A DNA stretch of 36,418 bases from assembly GCA_943356375.1 (NCBI GenBank), contig CALRET010000003.1, forward strand, positions 1 through 36,418, written 5' to 3'. The position numbers and the translations under genes are program-made. Positions 1 through 11,038 of the stretch are shown here, in pieces. The notes beneath the pieces are model-generated. The model was given only the letters and a program-made list of their open reading frames with translations, did not search any database and was not told the DNA's origin. Positions within the stretch are counted from its first letter, which is position 1. Each line of letters opens with the position of its first letter. Source of the stretch: Candidatus Nomurabacteria bacterium. Its GTDB lineage: Bacteria; Patescibacteriota; Minisyncoccia; Phycocordibacterales; UBA9973.

Positions 1-39
1 GACTTTCACCAACTAGTGTACTCAATCGCATGGCGACCC
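1..39 (-). other. 5' part of a putative intron/insertion in 16S rRNA at about pos. 1396/1397 (truncated by window edge)
   Basis: After CTTGTACTC the universal ACCGCCCGTC is absent and replaced by GGGTCGCCATGCGATTGAGTACA. The internal GAGTACA can pair with exon TGTACTC. Confidence 0.65.
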
Positions 40-1467
<1,428 letters not shown>

Positions 1468-1721
1468 ATTCGGAAACGGGATAAATCCCGGTTCGCAAAT
1501 TTAGAACGGAACAAAAGAAAAAATAGTAATAATTTCAGTTGTTTTAGTCATAGCTCGAAAACTTGCATTTGCCCGCCATATTATGTGATACGGCGGACAT
1601 GTTCTCCGCACCATACCCAAGAGATCAATCCTGAGTAGATGCGTCTGTAATTATCAAAAATCAATAGGTAATCTTATTTCTTTCTTCGAAATAAAAACGC
1701 CTTCCTTAGACGTTCCGAGAG

Positions 1722-1750
1722 AGTATATATGAATGGTAAAGTAAAGTCAA
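1722..1750 (-). promoter_or_regulatory. sigma70 promoter of the rRNA gene
   Basis: TTGACT (1750-1745), 17 bp spacer, TATACT (1727-1722), about 250 nt upstream of 16S. Confidence 0.8.
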
Positions 1751-1759
1751 GCGGAGAAC

Positions 1760-1797
1760 AGGTGCTAGGTTCTAGGTTGTAGGTTCTAGAAAAATAC
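1760..1797. repeat. 7-bp tandem array (AGGTTCT type x4) followed by AGAAAAATAC
   Basis: aggtgct aggttct aggttgt aggttct agaaaaatac. Confidence 0.85.
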
Positions 1798-1841
1798 CTA
1801 TATAAATTAAGGGTTAATTTCAATTCACTATTTACAAATTA

Positions 1842-1874
1842 TGTCCCTTCGGAGACATCGCTCGAAGGGGGACA
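1842..1874. repeat. GC-rich REP-like hairpin within AT-rich periodic DNA
   Basis: tgtcccttcg...cgaagggggaca inverted repeat. Confidence 0.6.
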
Positions 1875-1963
1875 AGTGAATTTATAAATTTTAAAATGAT
1901 AAATTTATAATTAATTTGTAACTTGTACTTTTAACTTTAAAATTGTCTCATGTGTCTCCAGGT

Positions 1964-1992
1964 TTGCAAAATAATTGCTTTCTTGCTATGCT
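1964..1992 (+). promoter_or_regulatory. leaderless sigma70 promoter for secG
   Basis: TTGCAA, 17 bp, TATGCT (TG extended), with ATG 6 nt downstream at 1999. Confidence 0.7.
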
Positions 1993-1998
1993 TTCCTC

Positions 1999-2229
1999 AT
2001 GACTGCAATAACTACTGTATTGCCTTATATACAAATCATTCTCTCGATACTCCTTTGTCTAAGTATTTTACTTCAGCAATCTGGCGCAGGATTAGGTGGT
2101 GCCATGGGAGGAGGTGACGGCAATACAACATTTCACACACGTCGCGGTTTTGAAAAACTGCTTTTCCGATCTACGATACTTTTCGCGGTGTTATTTGTTA
2201 TTTCTGCAATTCTCGCAGTCATACTCTAA
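1999..2229 (+). CDS. secG: preprotein translocase subunit SecG
   Basis: Two TM helices around LLQQSGAGLGGAMGG..TRRGFEK. Start moved to ATG 1999. Confidence 0.92.
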   Translation: MTAITTVLPYIQIILSILLCLSILLQQSGAGLGGAMGGGDGNTTFHTRRGFEKLLFRSTILFAVLFVISAILAVIL

Positions 2230-2307
2230 TTCTATAACCAAAAACTACATACTCTCTTTTACTACACGTGTGAAGCACGGAATAGTATTTCTGAAGTATC
2301 TATATCT

Positions 2308-4041
2308 ATGAAAAATGTATTCCGCTCTCTTATACAAACATTCCCTACGGTACGAGAAGTAAAACTTTCTTTAACTCTTTTTACTAAACGTGAGTGGATT
2401 ATTTTTTTTATTGCACTTATTATAAGTACTGCGAGTGCGCTCATCCTTGTATATAAAATAAATGCTCGGATAAGCACTGCTGTCCCAGTTCCTGGTGGAA
2501 CTATCTCAGAAGGAGTCGTTGGTGCTCCACGATTTATTAACCCGACACTCGAGATATCAGATGCTGATAAAGACATTACCTCACTTGTATATGCAGGACT
2601 TATGCAACTAGACACCAATGGAAATCCTATACCAGATCTTGCTGAAAGTTATGAAGTTTCTAAGGATGGACTCACATACACAGTAACACTCAAGAATGAT
2701 ATTTACTTTCACGATAATAAACCGGTGACCATAGACGATATTTTGTTTACTATTCAAATCATTAAAGACCCTATCCTTAAAAGTCCCAAACGAGTATCAT
2801 GGGAAGGTGTCGCTGTACAAAAAATAGATGATCAAACTGTTGAATTTACTCTTAAAAAACCGTTTGTATCTTTTCTTGAAAATCTTACTATCGGGATTCT
2901 CCCTTCTCACTTATGGAGTGAAGTTCCTATTGATCAAATGACCTTCAGCGAACTCAACACACGTGCAATTGGTGCAGGTCCATATAAAATAACCGATATA
3001 CAAAAAAAATCTTCAGGGATTATCGAATCATACTCTCTTTCTGCTTTTAAAAAATACTTGCCACACGAATCATATATACAACATATCAATTTTACATTCT
3101 TTCCAAATGAAGGAGATCTCATAAAAGCTCTCGAAAATGGTTCTGTTGACAGTGGTAGTGCGCTTTCTCCCATTAATGCAGAACGATTATTAGAATCAGG
3201 TCTTCGTATTGAAAAAACTGTACTCCCAAGATTATTTGCTCTTTTCTTCAATCAAAACAAAGCGCCACTATTCACAGATAAAAGTGTTGTACAGGCGCTG
3301 AACAGCGCTATTGATCGAAACCTATTAGTCAATGATGTTCTCGGAGGGTATGGTATTGCAACCAATAGTCCTATCCCAAAAAACAAAGATTCTGTATTCG
3401 TCGAATCTTTTACTTCACAAGAAGAACGTTTCGCAGAAGCATCGTCAATACTAACCAAAAACGGTTGGACGAAAAATGACGCAGGCGTCTTTGAAAAGAA
3501 ATCAAAGACTAGCACCATACCTCTCTCATTCTCAATAGCAACAGCAGACAACACTGAACTAAAAAAAGCAGCAGAGAGCATCAGAAAGCAACTCGAAACA
3601 TTTGGCGCTCTTGTGGAAGTTAAAATATACGATACAGGTACACTCAATCAGACCATTATCCGTCCTCGTGAATATGAAGTGCTTTTATTTGGACAAGTCA
3701 TTAGTCATGAGTCTGATTTCTTTGCATTTTGGCACTCCTCACAAAGAAATGATCCAGGGCTCAATATTGCAATGTATACAAACGCAAAAGTGGATAATTT
3801 ACTAGAGAGTGGGTTAAAAACGCTTGATCAAGGATTGCGCGATAAAAATTATAGAGCATTTGAAGCAGAAATACAGAAAGATATGCCCGCATTATTTCTG
3901 TATTCACCAGAATTCATTTATGCTATTCCTAAAAACTTAAAAGGAGTATCCATGGATCATGTCACTCTTTCATCAGATAGATTTTTAGGAGTGACGGATT
4001 GGCACATCGAGACTGATATAATTTGGAATATTTTCAAATAA
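2308..4041 (+). CDS. ABC transporter peptide-binding protein (family 5, OppA/AppA-like), membrane anchored
   Basis: N-terminal TM helix, PDLAESYEVSKDGLTYT-x-TL and FHD motifs, IGAGPY. Confidence 0.9.
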   Translation: MKNVFRSLIQTFPTVREVKLSLTLFTKREWIIFFIALIISTASALILVYKINARISTAVPVPGGTISEGVVGAPRFINPTLEISDADKDITSLVYAGLMQLDTNGNPIPDLAESYEVSKDGLTYTVTLKNDIYFHDNKPVTIDDILFTIQIIKDPILKSPKRVSWEGVAVQKIDDQTVEFTLKKPFVSFLENLTIGILPSHLWSEVPIDQMTFSELNTRAIGAGPYKITDIQKKSSGIIESYSLSAFKKYLPHESYIQHINFTFFPNEGDLIKALENGSVDSGSALSPINAERLLESGLRIEKTVLPRLFALFFNQNKAPLFTDKSVVQALNSAIDRNLLVNDVLGGYGIATNSPIPKNKDSVFVESFTSQEERFAEASSILTKNGWTKNDAGVFEKKSKTSTIPLSFSIATADNTELKKAAESIRKQLETFGALVEVKIYDTGTLNQTIIRPREYEVLLFGQVISHESDFFAFWHSSQRNDPGLNIAMYTNAKVDNLLESGLKTLDQGLRDKNYRAFEAEIQKDMPALFLYSPEFIYAIPKNLKGVSMDHVTLSSDRFLGVTDWHIETDIIWNIFK

Positions 4042-4066
4042 TTAAAATTAATATAACAATTACTAT

Positions 4067-5983
4067 ATGAATCAACACACGGGAGCACAATCAAATATAC
4101 CGAATGGAGGGCAAACTGTATCAACACCACACACACCCCGAAGACAAAGTGGGAATGGAAAACCATCTAGACCACACACATCCCGCCCAAAAAGCGGTAA
4201 CCGTGGAGGAAGTTTTCAATACCAAGGACGAGGAGGACGACCACCACAAGGAGGATCGTACCGAACAGCACCTCGTGCAAATATAACCATCCCAAAACCT
4301 GAAGCAGGTGTTATTCGAATAATTCCACTCGGCGGTGTCGAAGAAATCGGTAAAAATATGACTGCAATCGAAATCGGTAATGATATTATTGTCATCGACG
4401 CAGGTATGCATTTCTCGACTGGTGAAACACCAGGTATTGATTACGTCATCCCTAACACCACATACCTAGAGGAACGAAAAGATAAAATTCGTGCACTCAT
4501 TATTACCCATGGACACCTTGACCACATTGGTGGAGTACCACTTGTACTTTCTCGTATCGGTAATCCTCCAGTCTACTCTCGTAATCTCTCGGTATTAATG
4601 CTCAAGAAACGTCAAAGTGAATTCCCGCATCTTCCTCCAATGAATGCACAGGTTGTTGAACGTGGCGAAACACTTACTCTTGGAAATATTAAAGTTCGTT
4701 TTTGGGGTGTCACTCACACTATTCCTGATAGTATGGGAGTTATTATTGAAACTCCACATGGGTGGATCGTAACCCCGGGAGACTATAAACTCGACCAAGT
4801 GGACGGCATAGTAACAGATCAAGAGGAAGAAGAATATGCAATGTTCGACAATGCAAAAGTCTTACTATTAATGACTGATTCGACGAATGTTGAAAATGAA
4901 GGTTTTGCATTACCAGAAATAAAGGTACATCAAGGTCTTGAGAACATACTCCGACGTGTCCAAGGGCGCATTATTATTGCAGCATTTGCGTCACATATAA
5001 CTCGCCTTATTAAGATAATCCATATCGCTGAAGCACTTGGAAAGAAAGTTATTCTCGAGGGACGGTCTATGAAAGGAAACATCGAGGTTGCAATTGAAGC
5101 AGGATTACTTAAACCAGAAAAAGGAACACTTATACCGATTGACCAAATAGATGATCACCCTCCACATCGTGTGATTGTTCTTTCGACTGGTGGACAAGGA
5201 GAGGAATTTTCTGCACTCTCTCGAGCAGCAAATAAAACAAACAAAAAGTTCGTTCTCAAAAAAGGAGATACGATTATTCTATCTTCATCTATTGTTCCCG
5301 GTAATGAACGTGCGGTTCAAAAAATGAAGGATGGTCTCTCACGCCAAGGAGTAAAAATTATTAGTTATCGAACCCCTGGTGAAGATTTTGTTCACGCAAC
5401 TGGTCATGGAAACAAAGAAGACATCCGATGGCTCCACAGAAAAATGAAAGAAAAATTCTTTATTCCAATTCACGGACATCATTATCATCTCGAGCTCCAC
5501 AAAGAACTTGCTATTGAACTCGGCATACCAGAAGAAAATATTGTCGTTCCTGATAACGGTTCAATTATTGAAATAAATCCTGAGGGAACAAAAATCTCAG
5601 TCCGCAAAGAAAAAGCTCCCGCTGCACCAATGATTGTTGACGGACTCTCTGTTGGCGATGAACAAGATGTAGTTATTCGAGATAGACAAATGCTCGCTCA
5701 AGATGGCATGTTTGTTATCATTGCAAGTGTGGATTCAAATACCGGGAAATTAAAAAAATCTCCAGACCTTATTTCTCGTGGATTCGTATATCTAAAAGAA
5801 AACCAAGAATTATTGAGACAGGCACGCACACTCATTAAAACAACAATTGAAAATGATAATAAATCATGGAATGCATCGAATTACGACATGATTAAAAGTG
5901 ATGTTGGGGAGGTTGTTTCAAAATTCTTATTTCAAAAAACAGCAAAACGTCCATTAGTAATACCGGTAATTCTCGGTGTGTAG
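4067..5983 (+). CDS. rnj: ribonuclease J
   Basis: PLGGVEEIGKNMT, THGHLDHIG metallo-beta-lactamase motif, HATGHG, C-terminal RPLVIPVI. Confidence 0.96.
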   Translation: MNQHTGAQSNIPNGGQTVSTPHTPRRQSGNGKPSRPHTSRPKSGNRGGSFQYQGRGGRPPQGGSYRTAPRANITIPKPEAGVIRIIPLGGVEEIGKNMTAIEIGNDIIVIDAGMHFSTGETPGIDYVIPNTTYLEERKDKIRALIITHGHLDHIGGVPLVLSRIGNPPVYSRNLSVLMLKKRQSEFPHLPPMNAQVVERGETLTLGNIKVRFWGVTHTIPDSMGVIIETPHGWIVTPGDYKLDQVDGIVTDQEEEEYAMFDNAKVLLLMTDSTNVENEGFALPEIKVHQGLENILRRVQGRIIIAAFASHITRLIKIIHIAEALGKKVILEGRSMKGNIEVAIEAGLLKPEKGTLIPIDQIDDHPPHRVIVLSTGGQGEEFSALSRAANKTNKKFVLKKGDTIILSSSIVPGNERAVQKMKDGLSRQGVKIISYRTPGEDFVHATGHGNKEDIRWLHRKMKEKFFIPIHGHHYHLELHKELAIELGIPEENIVVPDNGSIIEINPEGTKISVRKEKAPAAPMIVDGLSVGDEQDVVIRDRQMLAQDGMFVIIASVDSNTGKLKKSPDLISRGFVYLKENQELLRQARTLIKTTIENDNKSWNASNYDMIKSDVGEVVSKFLFQKTAKRPLVIPVILGV

Positions 5984-5997
5984 TAGAATATATACAA

Positions 5998-7128
5998 ATG
6001 AAAAGACTCTATATTCTAGCATTCATATTTACTCTCCATATCGCTCTCTCTGGATATGTTAATTCGACATATCTTTCAGAATTTATAAATGAAAACTATG
6101 TCGGACTTCTTTATACAGCAGGATCACTGGTAACCCTCATTGCATTCAGTTATAGTTCTGAGATTCTCGCAAAGATTGGAGACCGGAAAGCTATCATCCT
6201 TGGTGTGCTTATAAATTTCATAACACTCCTCGTACTCGGCTTTGCAAAGACCCCAATACTCATTATAGGCGCTTTTATTGCATTTATGGTTACCAATAGT
6301 ATTATCATGCTCTTACTTGATGTATTCTTTGAGCATCTCGAAGATGGAAAAACCATCGGAAATATGCGCGGTATTTATCTCTCTGTCACCAACCTTGCAT
6401 GGCTTGTCTCCCCTGTTCTTTCAGGATACATTATTAGTGTTTATGGACATGCATCAATATATATTGTTGCGTCAGTACTCGCACTCCTTATGCTTTCTGG
6501 ATTCTTTATTGCACGATTCCCTGCAAGTAGAAAATATCTAAAGATATCTTTCTTCAAAGCAATCAAACATCTAAATGGTAATAAAAATATTCGCGCCATT
6601 GTTGGGGTAAACTTTTTACTACAATTCTTCTATGCGATTATGGTCATTTACACACCAATCTATCTTATTGATCATATTGGATTTGACTGGGAAACACTTG
6701 GTATAATATTTACCATTATGTTGCTTCCTTTCATACTATTAGGTATTCCTGTCGGGAAAATAATAGACAAAGGGGTGTCAGAGAAAAAGTTGATTACAGT
6801 AGGATTTATTGTAATGGCGCTAGCTACTTTCTGTTTGCTATTAATTCAGACTAAAACAATTATCCTATGGGCGATAATACTTTTTACAACTCGATTTGGT
6901 GCAGCTCTTGTGGAGACTGCATCAGAAATATATTTCTTTAAAAGATCAGAGGTAACCGATACTGATATCCTCTCTATTTTCCGAGATATGTCTCCCTTTG
7001 CATACATAGTCGCACCAATTACTGCAACACTTCTCTTATTGATTTTCCCTTTCAAGGTACTCTTTATACTCATTACTATTCTAATGTTTTTCGGCGCACT
7101 CCTCTCCCGTGTATGGCTCACTAAATAA
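5998..7128 (+). CDS. MFS transporter
   Basis: About 12 hydrophobic segments, with motif-A-like KIGDRK and GKIIDKG. Confidence 0.85.
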   Translation: MKRLYILAFIFTLHIALSGYVNSTYLSEFINENYVGLLYTAGSLVTLIAFSYSSEILAKIGDRKAIILGVLINFITLLVLGFAKTPILIIGAFIAFMVTNSIIMLLLDVFFEHLEDGKTIGNMRGIYLSVTNLAWLVSPVLSGYIISVYGHASIYIVASVLALLMLSGFFIARFPASRKYLKISFFKAIKHLNGNKNIRAIVGVNFLLQFFYAIMVIYTPIYLIDHIGFDWETLGIIFTIMLLPFILLGIPVGKIIDKGVSEKKLITVGFIVMALATFCLLLIQTKTIILWAIILFTTRFGAALVETASEIYFFKRSEVTDTDILSIFRDMSPFAYIVAPITATLLLLIFPFKVLFILITILMFFGALLSRVWLTK

Positions 7129-7131
7129 TAT

Positions 7132-7863
7132 ATGAAAAAAAATACACCTATAAAAGAAATAAAAAAAGATTTTCCTGTGCGCATAAATAAATATCTCGCA
7201 GATAAAGGTTTTTCAACACGACGAGGTGGCGATGAGTTAATCAAAAAAGGATTAGTATATATAAATGGCAAAATAGCAGTGCTTGGAGATAGTGTGAATG
7301 AGCACGATATTGTCACCATACCTAAACCAAAAAAATCCTCATACACATACTATCTGTATCATAAACCAGTTGGTATAGTGACTGTTGGTCGTGGTCCGGG
7401 TGAAAAAGAAATCAAAGATGTGACGAAACTTCCGGAGGGAGTTTTTCCTATTGGTCGTCTCGACAAAGATTCACACGGGCTCATAATACTAACTAATGAT
7501 GGACGCGTGACCGATCGCCTACTCAATCCTAAATACGATCACGAAAAAGAATACCGAGTTATTCTTGATAAACCAGTGACACATGAATTCATGATTCGTC
7601 TCAGAAATGGTGTATCTCTTGGAAAGAATTTTAAAACAAAGAAAGCTGATGTCCGTCGGTTTAATTCTCATACGATTGATATTGTTATCACTGAGGGTAA
7701 AAATCGTCAGGTACGCCGCATGTGTGCATCTTTTAATTATGCCGTAGAAGATCTCTGTCGTATCAGAATCATGAATCTAGAACTTGAAAAACTCGGATCT
7801 AATTCCCTAAAGAAATTAACCGGGGAAACCTTGCAGATATTCCTAAAATCTATAGGGCTTTAA
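7132..7863 (+). CDS. rRNA pseudouridine synthase, RsuA/RluB/RluF family
   Basis: S4 domain RINKYLA, catalytic GRLDKDS, EGKNRQVRRM. Confidence 0.93.
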   Translation: MKKNTPIKEIKKDFPVRINKYLADKGFSTRRGGDELIKKGLVYINGKIAVLGDSVNEHDIVTIPKPKKSSYTYYLYHKPVGIVTVGRGPGEKEIKDVTKLPEGVFPIGRLDKDSHGLIILTNDGRVTDRLLNPKYDHEKEYRVILDKPVTHEFMIRLRNGVSLGKNFKTKKADVRRFNSHTIDIVITEGKNRQVRRMCASFNYAVEDLCRIRIMNLELEKLGSNSLKKLTGETLQIFLKSIGL

Positions 7864-8426
7864 TACTGGTAGACGTATAATTTTCTGCCAAGACGTTCTG
7901 TTGGTACACTACAATCAACCACCTTAATCGGTTCTTTGTTCTCAATAAAAAAATCACAAGTAATGACTACTGTGCCAGGTTTGAGTTCCTTGACACATTT
8001 TTCTGCAAGCTTATTCGTCAACTTTTGACTAAGATACATAAAAACATGAGTCGCTGGGGTAAGAAGAACTTTTTGAGCATCTCCATACAAAAGAGTTATT
8101 CTTTGTTCTTTTTGGGAAAAAAATTGACGCATAGTACCAATAAACCATGGAAGTGGTGCGAATTCGACTCCGACAGCAGTTATTGTCGGTGATAACTTTT
8201 TTAAATACGAAAGCACCCGTCCATGTCCCGCACCAAGATCGTATACAACACTTTCTGAGGAAAAATTAAACTCTCTATACAAATGCAATAATACATGTTT
8301 ACGAACACTGAGATATGGAACACGAAGTTTCATTGATCCATAAAAATCAAGGACAATAAATATACAGATAACTAATTGAACTATTTGTAAAACAAAAATA
8401 ACGACGTGTGCCATGAAAATACTCAT
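7860..8426 (-). CDS. class I SAM-dependent methyltransferase with N-terminal TM helix
   Basis: PY motif, YDLGAGHG motif I, GVE, ELKPG. Confidence 0.85.
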   Translation of the reverse strand: MSIFMAHVVIFVLQIVQLVICIFIVLDFYGSMKLRVPYLSVRKHVLLHLYREFNFSSESVVYDLGAGHGRVLSYLKKLSPTITAVGVEFAPLPWFIGTMRQFFSQKEQRITLLYGDAQKVLLTPATHVFMYLSQKLTNKLAEKCVKELKPGTVVITCDFFIENKEPIKVVDCSVPTERLGRKLYVYQY

Positions 8427-8433
8427 ACAGCTA

Positions 8434-9240
8434 TTATACCAAAGAAAAAGTATTCTTCTTATTTAGAATAAATCCTTCCTTTTCTAGTGAGATAAGTTCA
8501 TCTTGTATCCTATCATCACCTTCTAATATCTTTGACATATTCTTAAATGTAACCGATGATTCATTTACCAGTGTACGCAAAATAGCTCCACGAAGTTGCC
8601 GCCTTGAACCTTTGAATGGTTTTTGCTTACCGTACGTCTTACTCGCAGTATTTTTTGCTCTCTCTATTTTTTTGAGCATAGTTCCATAATCCATAAGTGC
8701 GAAGTACCATTCACGTGGATTATGATTATCGACTGTTTTTTCGATTTTCTGCATCAAATCATTATCAGATATAGATTTCAGTTCAGCATTCTTAAAAAAG
8801 AAATATAAATATACAGTGCGAATATTTGTCTCTATAAAAACATTAGGAATATTGTATGCAAAAGTGAGTATCGCTCGCGCAGTATATGAACCGATTCCTG
8901 GAAGCACGGTAAGCTCTTGAATTGTTTTAGGAAATTTTCCTCCATATTTCTCTGTAATGATTTTCGCAGCGCGCATAAGATAAAGTGCACGACGATTGTA
9001 TCCAAGCCCTTGCCATAGAGTAAGTACGTCCCGCTGAGACGCCCGCGCAAGATCTCCGACCGTTTTATATTTTTCTATAAATACCAGATATTTTGGAACA
9101 ACACGGTCCGCTTGGGTTTGCTGAAGCATCAATTCAGAAACAAATATGCGATATGGGTCGTGTGTTTTTCGCCATGGAAAAGATCTTTTATTTTTATAAT
9201 AAAATTTCCAGATAGTTTCTTTAAAATTACCAAAAATCAT
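8434..9240 (-). CDS. mutY: A/G-specific adenine glycosylase, short MutY-like form
   Basis: WRKTHDPY, SELMLQQTQ, WQGLGYNRRA, HhH LPGIGSYTA. Start moved to ATG 9240 because the longer ORF overlaps the next gene. Confidence 0.88.
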   Translation of the reverse strand: MIFGNFKETIWKFYYKNKRSFPWRKTHDPYRIFVSELMLQQTQADRVVPKYLVFIEKYKTVGDLARASQRDVLTLWQGLGYNRRALYLMRAAKIITEKYGGKFPKTIQELTVLPGIGSYTARAILTFAYNIPNVFIETNIRTVYLYFFFKNAELKSISDNDLMQKIEKTVDNHNPREWYFALMDYGTMLKKIERAKNTASKTYGKQKPFKGSRRQLRGAILRTLVNESSVTFKNMSKILEGDDRIQDELISLEKEGFILNKKNTFSLV

Positions 9241-9250
9241 AGCTGTGTGT

Positions 9251-9883
9251 TTATTTAATTTTAGGAAAGAAAAACCGAATAGGAGAAAAGATAATCTTTG
9301 TACTTCTTCGAGACAAATTAAATAAAATCCCAATAGTAAACAACGTGAGCGACAATGTCGGATTTGCAAAACTTGTTGTAATGGCAACAACAGCACAGAA
9401 AACAGGAAAGAGAATTCTTGTGTATGCATGAGCGGTTTCCATCGGGGACGTTTCCTCATTTTCAATAGTCTCTGCAATAGTTACATATCGACGCATCCAG
9501 AAAAGTGAAAGCCCTATAGCCATAATATTGAGTGCGAAAATAATTATTGCAAGTTGTGATGTACCATAGTGCCCAAGTAGGTTTGAAGAAAATGGCACGA
9601 GTGCCACAAAAAAGAAAAACAATGCATTTATATTTGTTAATTTTGCATCGATATTTTTTGCATAGACTGATGCAATAAAATGGTGTGCGCGCCAATAAGT
9701 AAACAATAAAGAGAAACTAAGTAGATAACTAAGGAAAAGTGGTATATTCTTTTTGAGTGCAAATAAAAGTGAGATATCGGACACCCCTGGCGGCAACAGT
9801 GGCACACGAATTTCAAGCACAATAAGAGTCATTACGATGGCAAAGATACCGTCAGCAAGCGATTCAAGTCGAAATTGTTTCAT
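9251..9883 (-). CDS. TMEM175/DUF1211 family potassium channel-like membrane protein
   Basis: RLESLADGIFAIVMTL signature, YW-x-AHH, about 6 TM helices. Confidence 0.88.
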   Translation of the reverse strand: MKQFRLESLADGIFAIVMTLIVLEIRVPLLPPGVSDISLLFALKKNIPLFLSYLLSFSLLFTYWRAHHFIASVYAKNIDAKLTNINALFFFFVALVPFSSNLLGHYGTSQLAIIIFALNIMAIGLSLFWMRRYVTIAETIENEETSPMETAHAYTRILFPVFCAVVAITTSFANPTLSLTLFTIGILFNLSRRSTKIIFSPIRFFFPKIK

Positions 9884-9916
9884 ATATGTTTATTATACCA
9901 TGCAGGCAATTTAGAG

Positions 9917-10321
9917 TTAAGGTTTCATCTCTCTATTAATATCATCTGTTTTCAGATAACGATTCCTTTTTCCTAAATGCATATTTTTAGCGGCCGTATA
10001 TATAAGGGTTCCTTGTTGAATAGCTAATTCTTTTTGTGCTATTTCTGCCCCCTTTTCTCCACTTTTACGATATTCTTTCAGAACCCCAGCGAGCCAACCT
10101 CTATATGCTTGTAAAACAAACTTTTCAGTTTCTGGGCCAATTTCAAGACCCCCCTCAATTTTTTTAGTTAATCTCTTTTCAAAATCTATTAAATACATAA
10201 TATCGCGAATCTCTTCGGGAGATGCACCAAGACCACTCAAGGTGTCAATAAGGTCTCTCCTTATTTCCTCCTCTGATCTTTCTCTTCGACTACCCATGTT
10301 TTCGAATCCCATAAAATACAT
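9917..10321 (-). CDS. hypothetical protein
   Basis: 134-aa ORF with TATAAT at its 5' end; true start may be the second Met. Confidence 0.6.
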   Translation of the reverse strand: MYFMGFENMGSRRERSEEEIRRDLIDTLSGLGASPEEIRDIMYLIDFEKRLTKKIEGGLEIGPETEKFVLQAYRGWLAGVLKEYRKSGEKGAEIAQKELAIQQGTLIYTAAKNMHLGKRNRYLKTDDINREMKP

Positions 10322-10352
10322 TATACCACGCCAAATAAAATCCTAATACTAC

Positions 10353-10379
10353 AAAAAAGGCCTTCGAGGTGAAGGCCTT
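10353..10379 (-). terminator. intrinsic terminator
   Basis: aaggccttc/gaaggcctt stem followed by a T-run on the minus strand. Confidence 0.65.
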
Positions 10380-10397
10380 AAAAAACAGTTCTTTCCA

Positions 10398-10847
10398 TTA
10401 TACTTTCAAAAACTTAGTTTCTGAAAGAGCTCTCCATAATGTTCCACACGTTCCAGACCAAGCGGCCATATCTCTCTCGGTGGACATCTTTACATTTGGA
10501 TGAGAGAATTTCCCATCCAGCGATGTCCATCCAATAGCACCAGGAACAGTGTTTTTGTATCTTGGAAATTGACTATCGAGAACTTTCATACGAACTTTTA
10601 GGACGAAATTCCCGGTAACTTCAATCGTCCTAAAAACAGGAGTTAAGCTGTCTTTATTGACTAACACGTAGTCACTTATTAAAATTATTTCTCTTTTAAA
10701 AAAAGCGGAATCTGCTTCCAAAGAAATAACTTCATATGTAACCGTTGTGTATAACGGTTCAGTTTCGGATAAATACCCGAGAGTATCATCCTTCTTACAG
10801 GAATTTAATACCAGAGTAATAAATAGAAAATAGATTATTTGTTTCAT
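10398..10847 (-). CDS. putative lipoprotein with a Bacteroidota-style signal
   Basis: MKQIIYFLFITLVLNSC-KKDD lipobox from ATG 10847. Confidence 0.65.
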   Translation of the reverse strand: MKQIIYFLFITLVLNSCKKDDTLGYLSETEPLYTTVTYEVISLEADSAFFKREIILISDYVLVNKDSLTPVFRTIEVTGNFVLKVRMKVLDSQFPRYKNTVPGAIGWTSLDGKFSHPNVKMSTERDMAAWSGTCGTLWRALSETKFLKV

Positions 10848-11038
10848 TTGATTGGGTTTTAGTTGGTTTTCACAAAATCCAAAAGAGTCTGTGAAAACCA
10901 ACAAAAACCCTGTTTTAAAGAACCCACTTAACACATAATACCATATTTAATTAGAAAAGTCAAGACTTACATTACCCAAAATAGTATTGTAAAATTACCC
11001 TATTAAATAAGGATTTTATACACATAATTTACAAACAT

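Noticed and set aside
9241-9477. N-terminal extension of the MutY ORF
   Set aside because: It overlaps the TMEM175 gene in another frame; MutY similarity begins after ATG 9240.
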